Assembly (NCBI GenBank): GCA_900617105.1
Contig: UYFQ01000612.1
Coordinates: forward strand, 1 to 32,642
Direction of reading: 5' to 3'
From: Hydrurus foetidus
Taxonomy: Eukaryota
DNA length: 32,642 nt
The position numbers were made by a program, and so were the translations under genes. Shown one piece after another: positions 10,934 to 22,751 of this stretch. The notes under the pieces are model-generated. The model saw only the letters and a list, made by a program, of their open reading frames with translations, searched no databases and was not told the DNA's origin. Position 1 is the stretch's first letter. Every line of letters begins with the position of its first letter.

Positions 10934-11676
10934 GAAGTACAATCGGAAGGTGTAGATCGCAAAGAATTGAAGCAGGAGAAGAATGGGTGGAAGAAGGACA
11001 ATTATTTTTAAGAAGCAAATCATTCCTAATTGCAAGTATTCTACGCAGAAGATCGGTTTCGGATTCGTGCTTTGGAGGTTCCTCTTTCTGGTACCCGAGA
11101 AACTTAATTTCTATCATTCTTGTGGCACCTACGAGATCATAGAAATCTCGAAGGCCATTTGTATTGCTTCCCATCGTTACTGCTAACATTCCTCTGTTGC
11201 GAAACTGCCTTTGGAATATGTTCATTCCATGCTGTAGAGCATCGGAATCGATACGGAAATTTGCTGTCGCAGCGTAGGGTAAATTATTGAGTTCTTGGCT
11301 GATTTCTACAGCTGACCATTGTTTGTCGGTATTGTTTTTATTGACCTCATGCCTAGCTAGAAAAATTGCCACCATGAAGGCGCAGTAATCGACAGAAAGC
11401 AAATATTCTTTCACTTTGGCCTTCATAATGCCTGTTTTCAGTGTGCAGGGATATATTGTATGAGAGTTAGCGCCATCGTGCCGGAGATTGCTTCAACATA
11501 ATATTGACCGTATTGCCTATGAAGTTCAATGGCCAAATCGTCCAACTTTCACCTGGTCTCGTTGTTATCTGCTCGGGAGTTGCCCCACTCGATAAATTCG
11601 TCGACTTCTGTCTTCGTAATCAAATTCAGACCACAGCCTCTGTCAGCGTAAGAAGTAGCACAGATGAAAGCTGATA
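10934..11676 (-). pseudogene. 5' part of the ORF interrupted by the Gypsy element (N-terminal extension of the pogo-like transposase)
   Basis: Removing the LTR element and one GAAG joins the ORF starting at 11426 (..DLHLPIVL) in frame to RSRAQEVEKKKR..KKNTVNLLDSV of ORF 4701-4384. Confidence 0.8.
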
Positions 11677-11813
11677 CCAGTGCGGTGCACAATCGAAACC
11701 GGTGCACAATCGAAACCGAAAACAGCTGGTGTACAACATACTCCTTCTGCCAGTGTCCGTTTGCAATTCACAATTCCTCCTCATCGGTGACTGTTCTATC
11801 GACACTGAAAGTT

Positions 11814-12302
11814 ATGGAAGTTCAGGACGATCACGAGCTTCCTGGATTTTTTGTCGGAATTGATTTTAAGGTAGCCGTCCCAAATGTTGCGCAGAAACAG
11901 TGGATGGTGAATAGGATCATAAGCGGTGTTGAAAAAGCTGCGAGCATTGCACGGCGTTACAATTTTAGGAGGAAGACGTTGAACGTTCTTGTCAAACGGA
12001 GCCGACAGGGAATCCCAATCCATTTGGGGGCGGGAAGACCACGAGTGCTTGATGTTCTGAGCCACGAAAATATCGAGACAAATATTGGCGATCAGACCTG
12101 CGCATCCGTTGACGATCTAAGAGCCGAAATCAAGTCAGAGTTTGTTTCGACATTTGAACGGCGTTATCCAGCGCGATTTGCGGAGCTAGCGGATCAGCAG
12201 AATGAAGTAAAGATGGCCAGACGATCATTGCAACGGTACATTTCAAGACTTCACCCCGGCGTTTTCGCGGATGCCATTGGAGGACAGAATATCGCGCTAT
12301 GA
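11814..12302 (+). CDS. 162-aa HTH DNA-binding protein, paralog of the transposase N-terminus with no catalytic domain
   Basis: QKQWMV..ARRY..LV..GAGRPRVL aligns by eye with QKLWLV..TERY..LV..GAGHPDLL of the facing transposase. The first ATG inside the TIR is at 11814. Confidence 0.75.
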   Translation: MEVQDDHELPGFFVGIDFKVAVPNVAQKQWMVNRIISGVEKAASIARRYNFRRKTLNVLVKRSRQGIPIHLGAGRPRVLDVLSHENIETNIGDQTCASVDDLRAEIKSEFVSTFERRYPARFAELADQQNEVKMARRSLQRYISRLHPGVFADAIGGQNIAL

Positions 12303-12334
12303 GACTTAAATTACAAGGAGAAATCGTGGCTACA

Positions 12335-14124
12335 CTACGCAGTCCCTTCAACATCATGGTTTACGGCAGGCTCGACAGTAGCATTCTTTTTAGCTCTCTT
12401 TCTGGGGACTACACCGGCGGCAAGTCTAGCAGCGGCGGCTTCCTTTCTTTTTATCGTGTTCTCCTTCCTCACGTCGACGGCAGCAGCTTTGGCAAGGCGC
12501 TTGGTGTCCTCGCTGGCATTGACGGCTGGATTTGTGAGGAAAATGTATCTCCTACGATTGAGCACCAAGCTTTCGCGGTCTCCGTTGTAATGGCCACCTT
12601 GATCGAATCCTAGTATTTCGTAGTCTCGCTCTTTCAACTCTCCATTCGCCTTCATCAGAGCGCAAAGCTGGGGTAAAGCCCTCTTTACTTGATTCACTTC
12701 TTTTATTGTGAATTCTTCTTTGCATTGCCCGAGGATACGGTCTACGTCACAGCCCCCAGAAACTGGGTCATACTGCCCGGTAATCTTGAACGACTCCACG
12801 ATGATATCCTTTCTTAGCGTTGTCTGCAAAATGTATTGAACAACTTGTAGACCCTCGATGCATGACTTCACATGATGACATGGTAGCTTACCTCCAACAT
12901 TTCTTTCATGTACTGTAATCATAGCCCTCAATCTCTCCGACATAGTCTTCTCTAGTACTTCGGCAATAGATTTTATGCCACGCTTCTTGGTCTTTGAAGA
13001 AAGGAAGCACTTACCAGCATCACAGGGTTGAGTGATAGAAGTCGTTGAGGCTGGTGGCTTTCCAACTATGATGTTGTGCTCCACACACATGTCAGCCATC
13101 GCTGATGTCTGCAGAGGTTTGATTTGGGTGTCCTCCCCGTCCAGAGTGAAGTAGGATGGTTTCGAGTCTTCGATACCGTAACGAACTCTCAAGTCCATCA
13201 CGAATTTGATGTATATTGTAGCAAACCACCATCTGTAGAATTCCTCATTGACTGATCTAGTCTTGGCGAAGACTACGTAACCGTCTGCTCTAAGGTCGGT
13301 ACCGATACCAAGGCCAGGAACCAGATGTACATCGATTGCCCCCGCCACCATGTTGTCGTCCGCACAGATGTATATTGGAGGTGCAGTCGCACCCGTTGCA
13401 TTCATGCAGAGATAGAATTTGACGAAGTACGCTGTAAGAGAAGAACCCTTGACAGGTAGTACTTTCAGAGGCCCTCCTCTAGCCCTCTGCTCTTCCGGGT
13501 CATATATGACTTGTATCTTATCTGTCAGAGCGCCACCAGTCTGATATGATGTACCGTCTGCATTGATTGCGATATGAGCATCTGTCAAAGGCATCACTAA
13601 ATGATGAGCCACAGCGACAGAAGCAGCATTATATTTGTTGGCAGTAGCAATCGCTCTCGCATCTGTCGTCTGCTCCGCGTAACCCAGTTTCAGGCTCATT
13701 TTCTCGATGTTTCTTTTGACAGTCCACCGAGAAATCGGTGGAATTGAGCACTCAGCGATTCCTTTTTCTTTAGTGACTTTCGCAACGAGCTCGGCCTGAA
13801 GAATCTTGCTGAACTCAGCACGATTCATGTTGTGGATTCCAGCTGATACTTGGGCCTTCACTTTGTCGAGTTTAGCCGGCCCCAACAGATCTGGATGGCC
13901 AGCACCGTTTCGCATGGCCTTCTTGTGCTTGTATTTATAGACAAGTCCTTTGATGTAAGATTCACCGAGGCTGTATCTTTCAGTGAGAAATTTGTAGGAA
14001 ACGTCGTGGTGTAGGACCTCATGCACGAGCCAGAGCTTTTGAGATATCGACAACTCGTTGACGCTTAAGTTCGAAGCCGTTTAAGTTCAAACGGACAAGG
14101 TAATCTCTCTGGAGGACTCTCCAT
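12335..14124 (-). CDS. DD39D transposase (pogo-like DDxD) with N-terminal HTH
   Basis: 572-codon open frame with INADGT, FTLDGED and ITQPCDAG (39 aa between D2 and D3) and a basic NLS-like tail PRKRAKK. The likely ATG at 14124 is one base out of frame at CTTAAA-CG (~14081), either a real lesion or an assembly indel. Confidence 0.88.
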
Positions 14125-14841
14125 GTTTTCGTCTGGAGTTTAGTGCAGTAGTCACCGAGATATCGTTGAAATGAAGCATAGTTGATAGGGTTGTATTTAT
14201 TTCAAAAGTTCGAATTCGGTTTCGATTGTGCACCGGTTTCGATTGTGCACCGCACTGGGATACTCTGAACAAAAGACAATGATGCTCAGAGTTGGTGGGA
14301 AGGCAATATCGATCGAGATACCGACCATAGTATGTGAAGAGAAGAATAATGGCGATGAGATCGATAAGGTAGCATTTTCCTCAACCGGTTGGTACAACTA
14401 CGGAGTTGAGTCTACGAAAACTTATTGACTATTTTTTTGAAAAAAAAGAAGCCGAACACTCAAATGGACCTGTCTCCTGCAGTTTTAGATTTTTAGAATC
14501 TAAAACATTCATTTGTGAATGAAACTTTGTGAAATGGAAATTGATAGGTTGGTAGTAGTGAAGTTGCATGTTGCACTTTTGGAATTGCAGTATTTCATGA
14601 ATTCAGATTGTAATTCATGTAATTCATGTAGTAGTTGATGGCACCATGACGTGAACCTTGTGCTTGAGACGCTCTGTATCGTTTGTGAAAGATGATTCAA
14701 TTCTCTCAAATGAGGAATAGAAGTAGCAAAGAGGAATGTTTTGCAATTGTGAAGTTGACACTGATTGATGAACAATTTTGATGCCGATTGCTGCATGAAC
14801 TGATCGTGCGTCACCGTTGTGCTTTGATTATCTTAGATTCA

Positions 14842-14899
14842 CTGTAAATGCTGTTCCCTTATTGAGTTTCCTGTAAATGCTGTTCTCTTATTGAGTTTC
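14842..14899. repeat. 29-bp tandem repeat x2
   Basis: CTGTAAATGCTGTTCYCTTATTGAGTTTC at 14842 and 14871. Confidence 0.9.
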
Positions 14900-14978
14900 C
14901 TCGTTGAAACCGCTTTGGTCATTGTATTTTGATTTCAACAATATGATTCATTACGTATTCATTTTTACAGATTAAAGA

Positions 14979-17900
14979 ATGAATACAAGAAAACCATCGG
15001 AAAGGAAGAGAAAATTTGATGACATTTATGACTATGTCGATGGCGAAACTTTTGTTGAAAAGAAGTCATCGAATTGCAAAATGAAGGCTAAGATAACATT
15101 TGACGAATTGAAAGTTTTAGAAGTCTTTGACGATTCAACTGAATTAGTTGAAACACCTGAAAAATTGTTCAAAATGCGTTCTTTAGAGAAAACAAAGATG
15201 TTTATCTCTAAACTAAAAGACTTCGAGAGCTGTAATATTAAAGATAATAAAAAAATGAGTTCTAAAAATAAAACAACTCAATTGATTGTTAGTATAAAAG
15301 GCTTTGAGAGTTCTAAGGAGAAATATAATAATAAAATTACTCGAAATTTTTGCAATTGAGTGCCGTTCGTGATTGAAAGTTTCGCAGAATATAAATAATT
15401 TGATTGAATTAGTTAAGACGCCTGAAAAATTGTTCAAAATATCTTCTTTGGAGAAAACAAAAAAAATTGTCTCTGAACTAAAATGCATCGAGAGTTGTAC
15501 TGAAAATGCAAAAAAAACAAAGTCAAGTAAATGCATGTTAAGAATTATCAGAACGGATAGTATTATGAAAAAGAAATGTCCTGGAAAAGAGTGCATATGT
15601 CAACGTAAAAACAATTTGAAAAGTAATAAAATTTCCTCTAGCTATGTAAATTCTATTATCGAAAGACGGAAGAACGTAATATCAGAAATTAAAACTATTA
15701 GTAGTATTGAAGGTAATGATATAGTTGAGAAGTTGTCGAAATCCATGTATAGTGTTCCAACTTCATCCCAACTTAAAGGACACGATACTGATCCTGAAAT
15801 ATTAAAAGCAGTACTGCTGCTGTGGGAGAATTTGGGAAGAGGACAATTTGGAAAATTGAGTAATATACTAATAAATGATAAAAAGGGAAATAACATCGAA
15901 ATGTTTGATAAAAATATGAATGAAATAAAGAGAGAAATATCAAAAGAAAAATTAACAAAAGCAAAAATGGAAACAATCTTGACGAATTTTTTGGAGAAGA
16001 TGTGCAACAAAAAAAAATTATTGACGTGTGCTTTATGTGGTGAGAGATCATTCCATTTATTCTATAAAGAAGTTTCAGTTGAAGATGACTTAGCACTACT
16101 GAAGCTAAATAATAGTCAAATTGAGGAATACGAAAATTTAAATGAATACAAAAATATAGCATCTGTGGCAAATATACAGAGCATTTTATATTATTTACAT
16201 CCTGAATGCATAACGCATGAAAAGAATATTTATAAAACACATTTGTGTGGATGCTGTTATAGCGATATACGTAAAAACGTAATGCCTAAATTTAGTATTG
16301 CTAATGGACATGATTATGGTGACTTCAGAAGAATAAAGAATCTCCAACCATTAACAATAGTTGAGAAACATTTAATTAGTTGTAATAGAATGTATGGAAG
16401 CATTTCAAAACTAAAAAATGGAGAAAATAGACAACTAATCGGCAATATCATAACATTTGAACAGAATGGACCTGATAAATGTGCAGAACAATTCAATTTA
16501 CCTGACGTTGTAGGAATAACAGAAGTCCTGCAAGTTGCATTTCTTGGTAGTAAAGAAGAGTTTGAATCAAGACGTAAAGATGTTATAATGAGTTGTGGTC
16601 AACTTCAAGTCAGATCTACAAACATTTATAGCTGGTTAAGAATGTTGAAGAGATGTAATCCCAAATATTGGAATATCGAAATAAATGAAAGCAATCATTG
16701 TATAGACTTGATGAACAATATAACAAAGAATCTTGTAGATCAAATACAAATAATTGATAATAAAACATTAATTACAATTGACAGAGTAATCAGTAATGAC
16801 ACTTCTAAAGTTCGTGAATTGAATATTGATGAACATATCGCATGTGCAAATAATACTGATGAGAATGGTTTATATAATATACCTATTTCAAATACAATGT
16901 TATTTTCTGAAAGTTTACAAGTAAATGAAGAAAATTTAATTAATAAGACTTTACAAGGGGTTGCTAAAACAATATTTCCTAAACTGATAAAAGTAGCACG
17001 ATTAAGCAATGATCCAATAAACGAATATGAGAACAATAGTAAGTTGTACTTGGGACTTTTTCCGTACCTTTTCATATTAGGTAAATTTGGGAATGGTATT
17101 GAATTAAAGGGAACAATGCCTTCGAAGTACATATTGCATCTCCTACATCAAAGGTAATTAATTTTTAATAAGTACTGATAACTTAGTTGCAAAAGTTTGT
17201 ATTAGTTATTACTATTGTTTATAATACTAATAAAATTATTTTTATATTTTTTACAGAACTTGTGCATTTGCCCAAGAAACTAAATTAATTTTCACATTAT
17301 TCAATCAAAGGCAACGGCATAAAACATCTTCAATTGTTAGTGTAACAGCAAAAAATGATCCTGCACAACTAATAAAGTTAGGTCAGACATTAACATGTTC
17401 AAAATTTAAAGACAGGTTAGAAAAAAGTATAAAGAATCCCCATGGAAAAGAAGCTAAATATACATTAAAAATGATAAATTCTCTTTTAAAAGTAAATGGA
17501 GGAAAAATAATAGGTTCACCCGCTGAAAGGAAAGTAGCCATAGGTACAATAATATCAATGGTACAATTTTTTTGCTGCCCTAGTGTATTCTTTACATTTG
17601 CACCTGACGACATACATTCGGTACTTACATTGAGAATTTCATGTCCAACAAAAAATGGTAATAATGCATTTCCGGCTATTGATGATGGCTTTGAAAGTTT
17701 CCTACAAAATAAACATACTAATAAAGACTTATCAATTATCATGGACGATCAAATTGATATATCAGAATATAATTTAAATAAGTTATTAAGTATGAATCCA
17801 GTTGCGGCTGCTTATGTATTCAAAATAACACTTGAAACAATATTTGAAGTTTTATTTGGAATAGTTCCAGATTATTTATCTAAAATTACTATTCCTATTT

Positions 17901-20900
17901 CAAGTAGATGCCACGGAATTTTCGGTCAAACTAAAGCAGCCTATACTGTTACTGAGGTTCAGGGTCGCCTTAGTCTACATGGACATATGACTGTATGGAG
18001 TGTTTTATCTCCTACCATAATACAACAATGCATTCAATGTAAAAAACTAGTTAATTCAGTTAAGGAAGTTATTTTATCTCAGATATCCTCCAGCATACCT
18101 TTAGAATATCATATGAAGGCATTAAACCGGCAGGCAACTCCACCTGCACATCAATCTGCTAGTGATCCTCCAAGATCTTTTTTTGACTCACCTTTGCCAA
18201 TTACAAGTATTAATGAATTTAATGATCACGTATATAGCGTTGTGAACTCAACAGCAGTACATCAACATTCAGATACCTGTATTAAAGGTCCCTTAGGTCA
18301 TGTAGGGTGTAGATTGTCATATCCGTCCAATTGTACTCCTGGAAAAAGTATAGAAATCAATGAACTCAAAATTGTCAATACCAATAATAATAATAAAGTG
18401 GATAACAATAAAGTTATACGTCAGAATGTCATTGAAAAAATAACAATAATTCGGATGAATTAATGTATAAAATAGTACCAGAAAAAAACATCAAATTCAA
18501 TAATATTGAAAGTAATTTTATTATGCAATATAAACCATTAGGATTATTAGATAATAGATGCATAGTGATGGAAATTCAAAAAGAAATATTCTATGAGGAG
18601 AAAAAGAAAATTTTTGAAGATATATGTCAAAAAAAATAAACAATACAATCGTTTCGATACCTGTATCGCAAGACATTCATTATTCATATAGAGGTTTGCA
18701 TTTAAAAGAATTATCACTTTTTGAGTACTCATCAGTTATAGAAATTGTTAAAATTGAAAATAAAAAAAATTACAATACAGAGTCAACACTTCCTAAAAGA
18801 AAAAAAAATACAACATATGCCTTTCAAAAAATGCATCCATTACATGAAAGTTATTGTCAAAGAATAAGATCTAAATTGCTTATACCATTATTAGTTGGTG
18901 GATCTCCATTAAACTTTAATTCTATCGATGACAATAACTTTCATCATACTTATGATAATTGCTCAACTGTAGAAAAAAAATATTTGGATAGAGCAGCACT
19001 GTACTACCTGACTTTAACATCACCGTGGACATTACAAACTCATGAATCAAAAAGAAAAACATCTGAGCTAATTCCAGAAGCAGGGCATACATATAGTAAT
19101 TTTGTACAATATATGAAAAAACTGAAAGGTTATGACACCACGTCAAATTCTTATAAATCATCATTTTTAAACAGATGCTTATACAGCTATATAGTTGAAA
19201 CTTCAAGAAATATGAAAACAAAAGTTACAAAATATAGAGCACGATCAGCTGATATGTGGGAAGTCAATCAGAAAGGACCATCTAAGTACCCAAAAAATCA
19301 AAGTGTATGTCAAAGTATTAATTATTGGCGTCACAAACACAATATTGACAACACTTCTAATCTAAAAGCAACAAACAATGCAAACGAGGAACTTGAAATT
19401 AATGATACAGAAACACTGCAACTAATTAAGACTCTGCAAGATCATTGTTCAAATACTACTGATTTAGCGACAAAAAAATGTTGATTTAAATAATTACTTA
19501 AATAGCAGCCATAAAGCATTCTTATCAATAGCAATGGAATATGAGAAAAATGAACGAGAGTATCTTAATAATTTTGCATCAAACGAATCAGCAGAAAAAG
19601 TTTGGAATAGTATACGCGAAAAAGAATTTCAAGAAGCAATTGCTTATGATTCAAATGAAGACAATGAAGCTTCATTAAAAAGTAGTATGCATTATAACTT
19701 AAATTCAGATCAAAGTGAACTTAATTATATTAAATGCAATATTAATCCAACTAATGACCAAGCTAATGTATTAAACACATTAACTTATTGTGTAGAAAAA
19801 AATTATGATGAACATTTTTTAATTTTTATCCATGGAGGACCAGGAGTTGAAAAAACATGGACTATGAATGAATTTAAAAAAACGCTAATGAAAAATAATA
19901 AAAAATTCATATGCACAGCATACACTGGAGTTGCAGCTAGTTTACTAACTGGAGGCGAAACAATACATTCCTTGTTTCAATTTCACATAGGTGAAAAAAA
20001 TCCTGAAAAATGAATAAGGATTTGAATACTAATTCTTTACGTATTATGCATAATAAATTTAAAGATTGTAATTACATAATTATAGATGAAATTTCAATGG
20101 TTGGTTCATTGATGTTATACAAAATACATAATAGATTGCAAGAAATAACAGGAAATAACTTACCATTTGGAGGAAAAAATATGCTTGTCGTAGGTGATTT
20201 CTTTCAAATTGTTCCCGTTGGAGATTCTTGTCTCTATAAAGATATTATTAAATACGTTGTTTTAAATAATGATATAAGTAACAAATCAAATAAAAAACAA
20301 AATAAAAACATGGTGAATGAGTTTGCTATTATTGGTGCAAAATTATATACAAAATTTAAATTATTATCATTAAATGATCAAGTGAGAGCAGCAGAAGATG
20401 AACTTCAAATGGAATGCCTTCTTTTATTACGAAGTTTTAATGGAAACCAAGTTTCGAATAAACTATTACAGTCATTAATACGAAATAATTCTTTAAATAA
20501 AAAAGATTTTGAGGAATGTAATACAAAAAATGAAAATAATACATGGTTTTCAGCGCCTTTGGCAGTTACATCAAATTGTGAAAGAAATCATTTGATGTTT
20601 TTAAGAGCACAAATTTGGGCTAAATTGGTGGGTCAACCAATAATAACATGGAATTTACAATGCAGAGGCGCATTTATAAATTATTTAACTGAAAACAATT
20701 GTATTGAAGAAATATATCACAATCAAAGTGGTCTCATTGGTATATTTGTACAAGGTGCAATGTCATACATTACTGAAAATGTAAATCCAACAAAAGGTTT
20801 AGCTAATGGTACCGCAGTGTACATGCACTCACTAACATTTTCTGATGAAGACATGAAGACAGATTATTATAAACAATTTGTTAAATTATTGCAAGTTGCA

Positions 20901-21558
20901 AAACCTGGAGAACAAGTTATTATTAACAAAATTATTCCAACATTTATAAATGTTGAATTTATAATGCAAAAAGAACTAAAACCATTTTGGGGTGCAACTG
21001 AAACATTATGCACTAATAAAGTTATTATTCTTATTGGCTATAAATCAAGATCAGAAAAAGTCACAATAGATATAAATGTTAATGGACAAATTTATCATAA
21101 CATAACAATTAAAAAAGAGAAGGAACACAGAGTAGAATTATCTTTCATAATTACATTCCATAAATTACAAGGAAAAACATTACCAAAACTAATTATTCAA
21201 CTCAATGAAAGATCTTTTTTACCTCCTATAACATATAATGGACTTTTTGGTGGCTTTATCAAGAGTTAAATTCCGTTCAGATCTCCGTATTATGCCTATC
21301 AATTCTGGAAATGATATATTATATTTAAAGAAATTAGCACCTGATGAAAATTTACAAGTTTGGTTGGGAGGATACAATTGTGATGGTGATTGGTCAAAGG
21401 AAAAATGCCAAGAGTTTCATGATCATAAAAAACTAATTTCATCACAAAAAAAAATAAAACAAAAAAGAACTTATAAGAAGACAAAAAATTGTTTTTTATT
21501 AGATAATGTACTAAAAAAAATGGTGAAGAAAATAAATGCTATGAGGATGTTACTCTAA
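14979..21558 (+). pseudogene. Helitron Rep-helicase (Cys-rich/DUF6570-like N-terminus, HUH Rep, Pif1 SF1B helicase)
   Basis: N-terminus: CALCGE, CGCC..PKFSIANG, WLRMLKRCNPKY. Rep: FFTFAPDD and EVQGRLSLHGH. Pif1: GGPGVEKT, AYTGVAA..TIHSLF, IIDEISMV, FGG..GDFFQ, GLANGT, TFHKLQGKT, VALSRV. A GT-AG intron at 17154-17256 restores the frame (LLHQR|TCAFAQE). Several frameshifts. Confidence 0.93.
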
Positions 21559-21566
21559 TTACTCGA

Positions 21567-22649
21567 ATGAAAAGTAGTACAAATTTGACACCAGTTCTTG
21601 AAATTATAAATAATCTAAACAATTTTGACTCAAAAAATAACGAAATTTCTATAATACCAGATGCAGTTAAACACAATGAAACTTTACTGCATATTGACTT
21701 ATTAAATACATTAGAAGATTCAAGAAACCTAATAAAATATTCAATGCAAGAATATAATACACAATGGAGAAATAATTTTAATCTTCTAAGTAATACGACA
21801 TATTTTACCGGAAATAATCAATTAGAAAAAATTTGGCATATTGCCCCTGATGAAATACAACTGACTGAACAATATTTGGAACAAGCAACTCATATGATAA
21901 ATAATGACCAGCCAAATTCTTTTATGCCTGATTACAATAGTAGATTTACTCATTTTCCAAGTGATGCATTGAGTGTAAGAAATCATACTTGGTTAACAGG
22001 AACTATAATGGATGTGTTTCTATACTCTATGACTATAGATGTCACAAATGGTTCTATTAATGATGCTATTAATGTATTTAATACTTCGTTTTATGCTAGA
22101 CTTTTAAATACTTTCCATAATGATGCTTCACATCCAGAATGAAATACATACAACTACACAGCAGTGACTAATTACACTACTCATTTTACAAGAACAGACA
22201 TTTTAAAAACTTCTATCATACCTATTCATATACCAAATCATTGGTTGTTATGTATTATAGAACCTAGCACAAAAACATTCTTCATTATAGACAGCTTACG
22301 ACATCAGAACTTAGATATAGTGCAAAATATACGAATGTGGTATAATAGTGAATTAGAAAGATTAAATTATAACACAAGTTCTAATTCAGAATTTTACATT
22401 GATTGGAATCTAGTGACTTCAAATAATTTACCTTCACATGTTCCTCGTCAACAGGATTCTTCATCCTGCGGCGTCTTCGTCCTCATGTGTGCCTTCTATT
22501 GGTATAAATACAATAGATTACCGAATTGTAATTTAGATTGGAATTCAAATGATATTAATTCAAGTAGGCCAAATTTAAGACAGTTCATTTTATATTTCAT
22601 TATTAAAAGTGTTTATAATGAGTCTATAAGATCATTAGATTTAAGATGA
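21567..22649 (+). pseudogene. Ulp1/SENP-family (peptidase C48) cysteine protease domain of the Helitron
   Basis: WLTGTIMD, FNTSFY, IPIHIPNHW, IIDSL, PRQQDSSSCGVF (H-D-C triad plus oxyanion Q). One in-frame TGA at 22140-22142 separates two same-frame ORFs. Confidence 0.9.
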
Positions 22650-22751
22650 TATTGTAAAATATCAATTGCCTGGTGTCAGTAAATTTAATTTTTAATTATT
22701 ATGTTTACAATAATAATTTTTACTTTGGACGCGTACTACAAAGAAAAAGTT

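Larger units (their letters stand above)
11677..14258 (-). mobile_element. 2.58-kb two-gene TIR DNA transposon (IS630/Tc1/mariner/pogo-like, DD39D)
   Basis: Perfect 44-bp TIRs (11677-11720, 14215-14258), each with a 17-bp direct repeat CGGTGCACAATCGAAAC x2. Flanked by GATA on both sides (11673-11676, 14259-14262). Confidence 0.95.

Noticed and set aside
11683..11718. 17-bp direct repeats, and other short repeats, as a CRISPR array
   Set aside because: No spacers and only two units; they are part of a TIR. No cas genes, and the context is eukaryotic.
11664..11813. ORF track start at 11664 for the 212-aa ORF
   Set aside because: That ATG is outside the element and reads through the TIR; 11814 matches the transposase N-terminus.
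15213..17742. Minus-strand ORFs opposite the Helitron, and similar ones opposite pol, the transposases and rpiA
   Set aside because: Antisense shadows of real coding frames.
14372..22142. Recurrent in-frame TGA as stop-codon recoding
   Set aside because: In-frame TAA stops and frameshifts also occur in these pseudogenes, and TGA ends apparently intact ORFs. Mutational decay (CGA/TGG to TGA) is enough to explain it.
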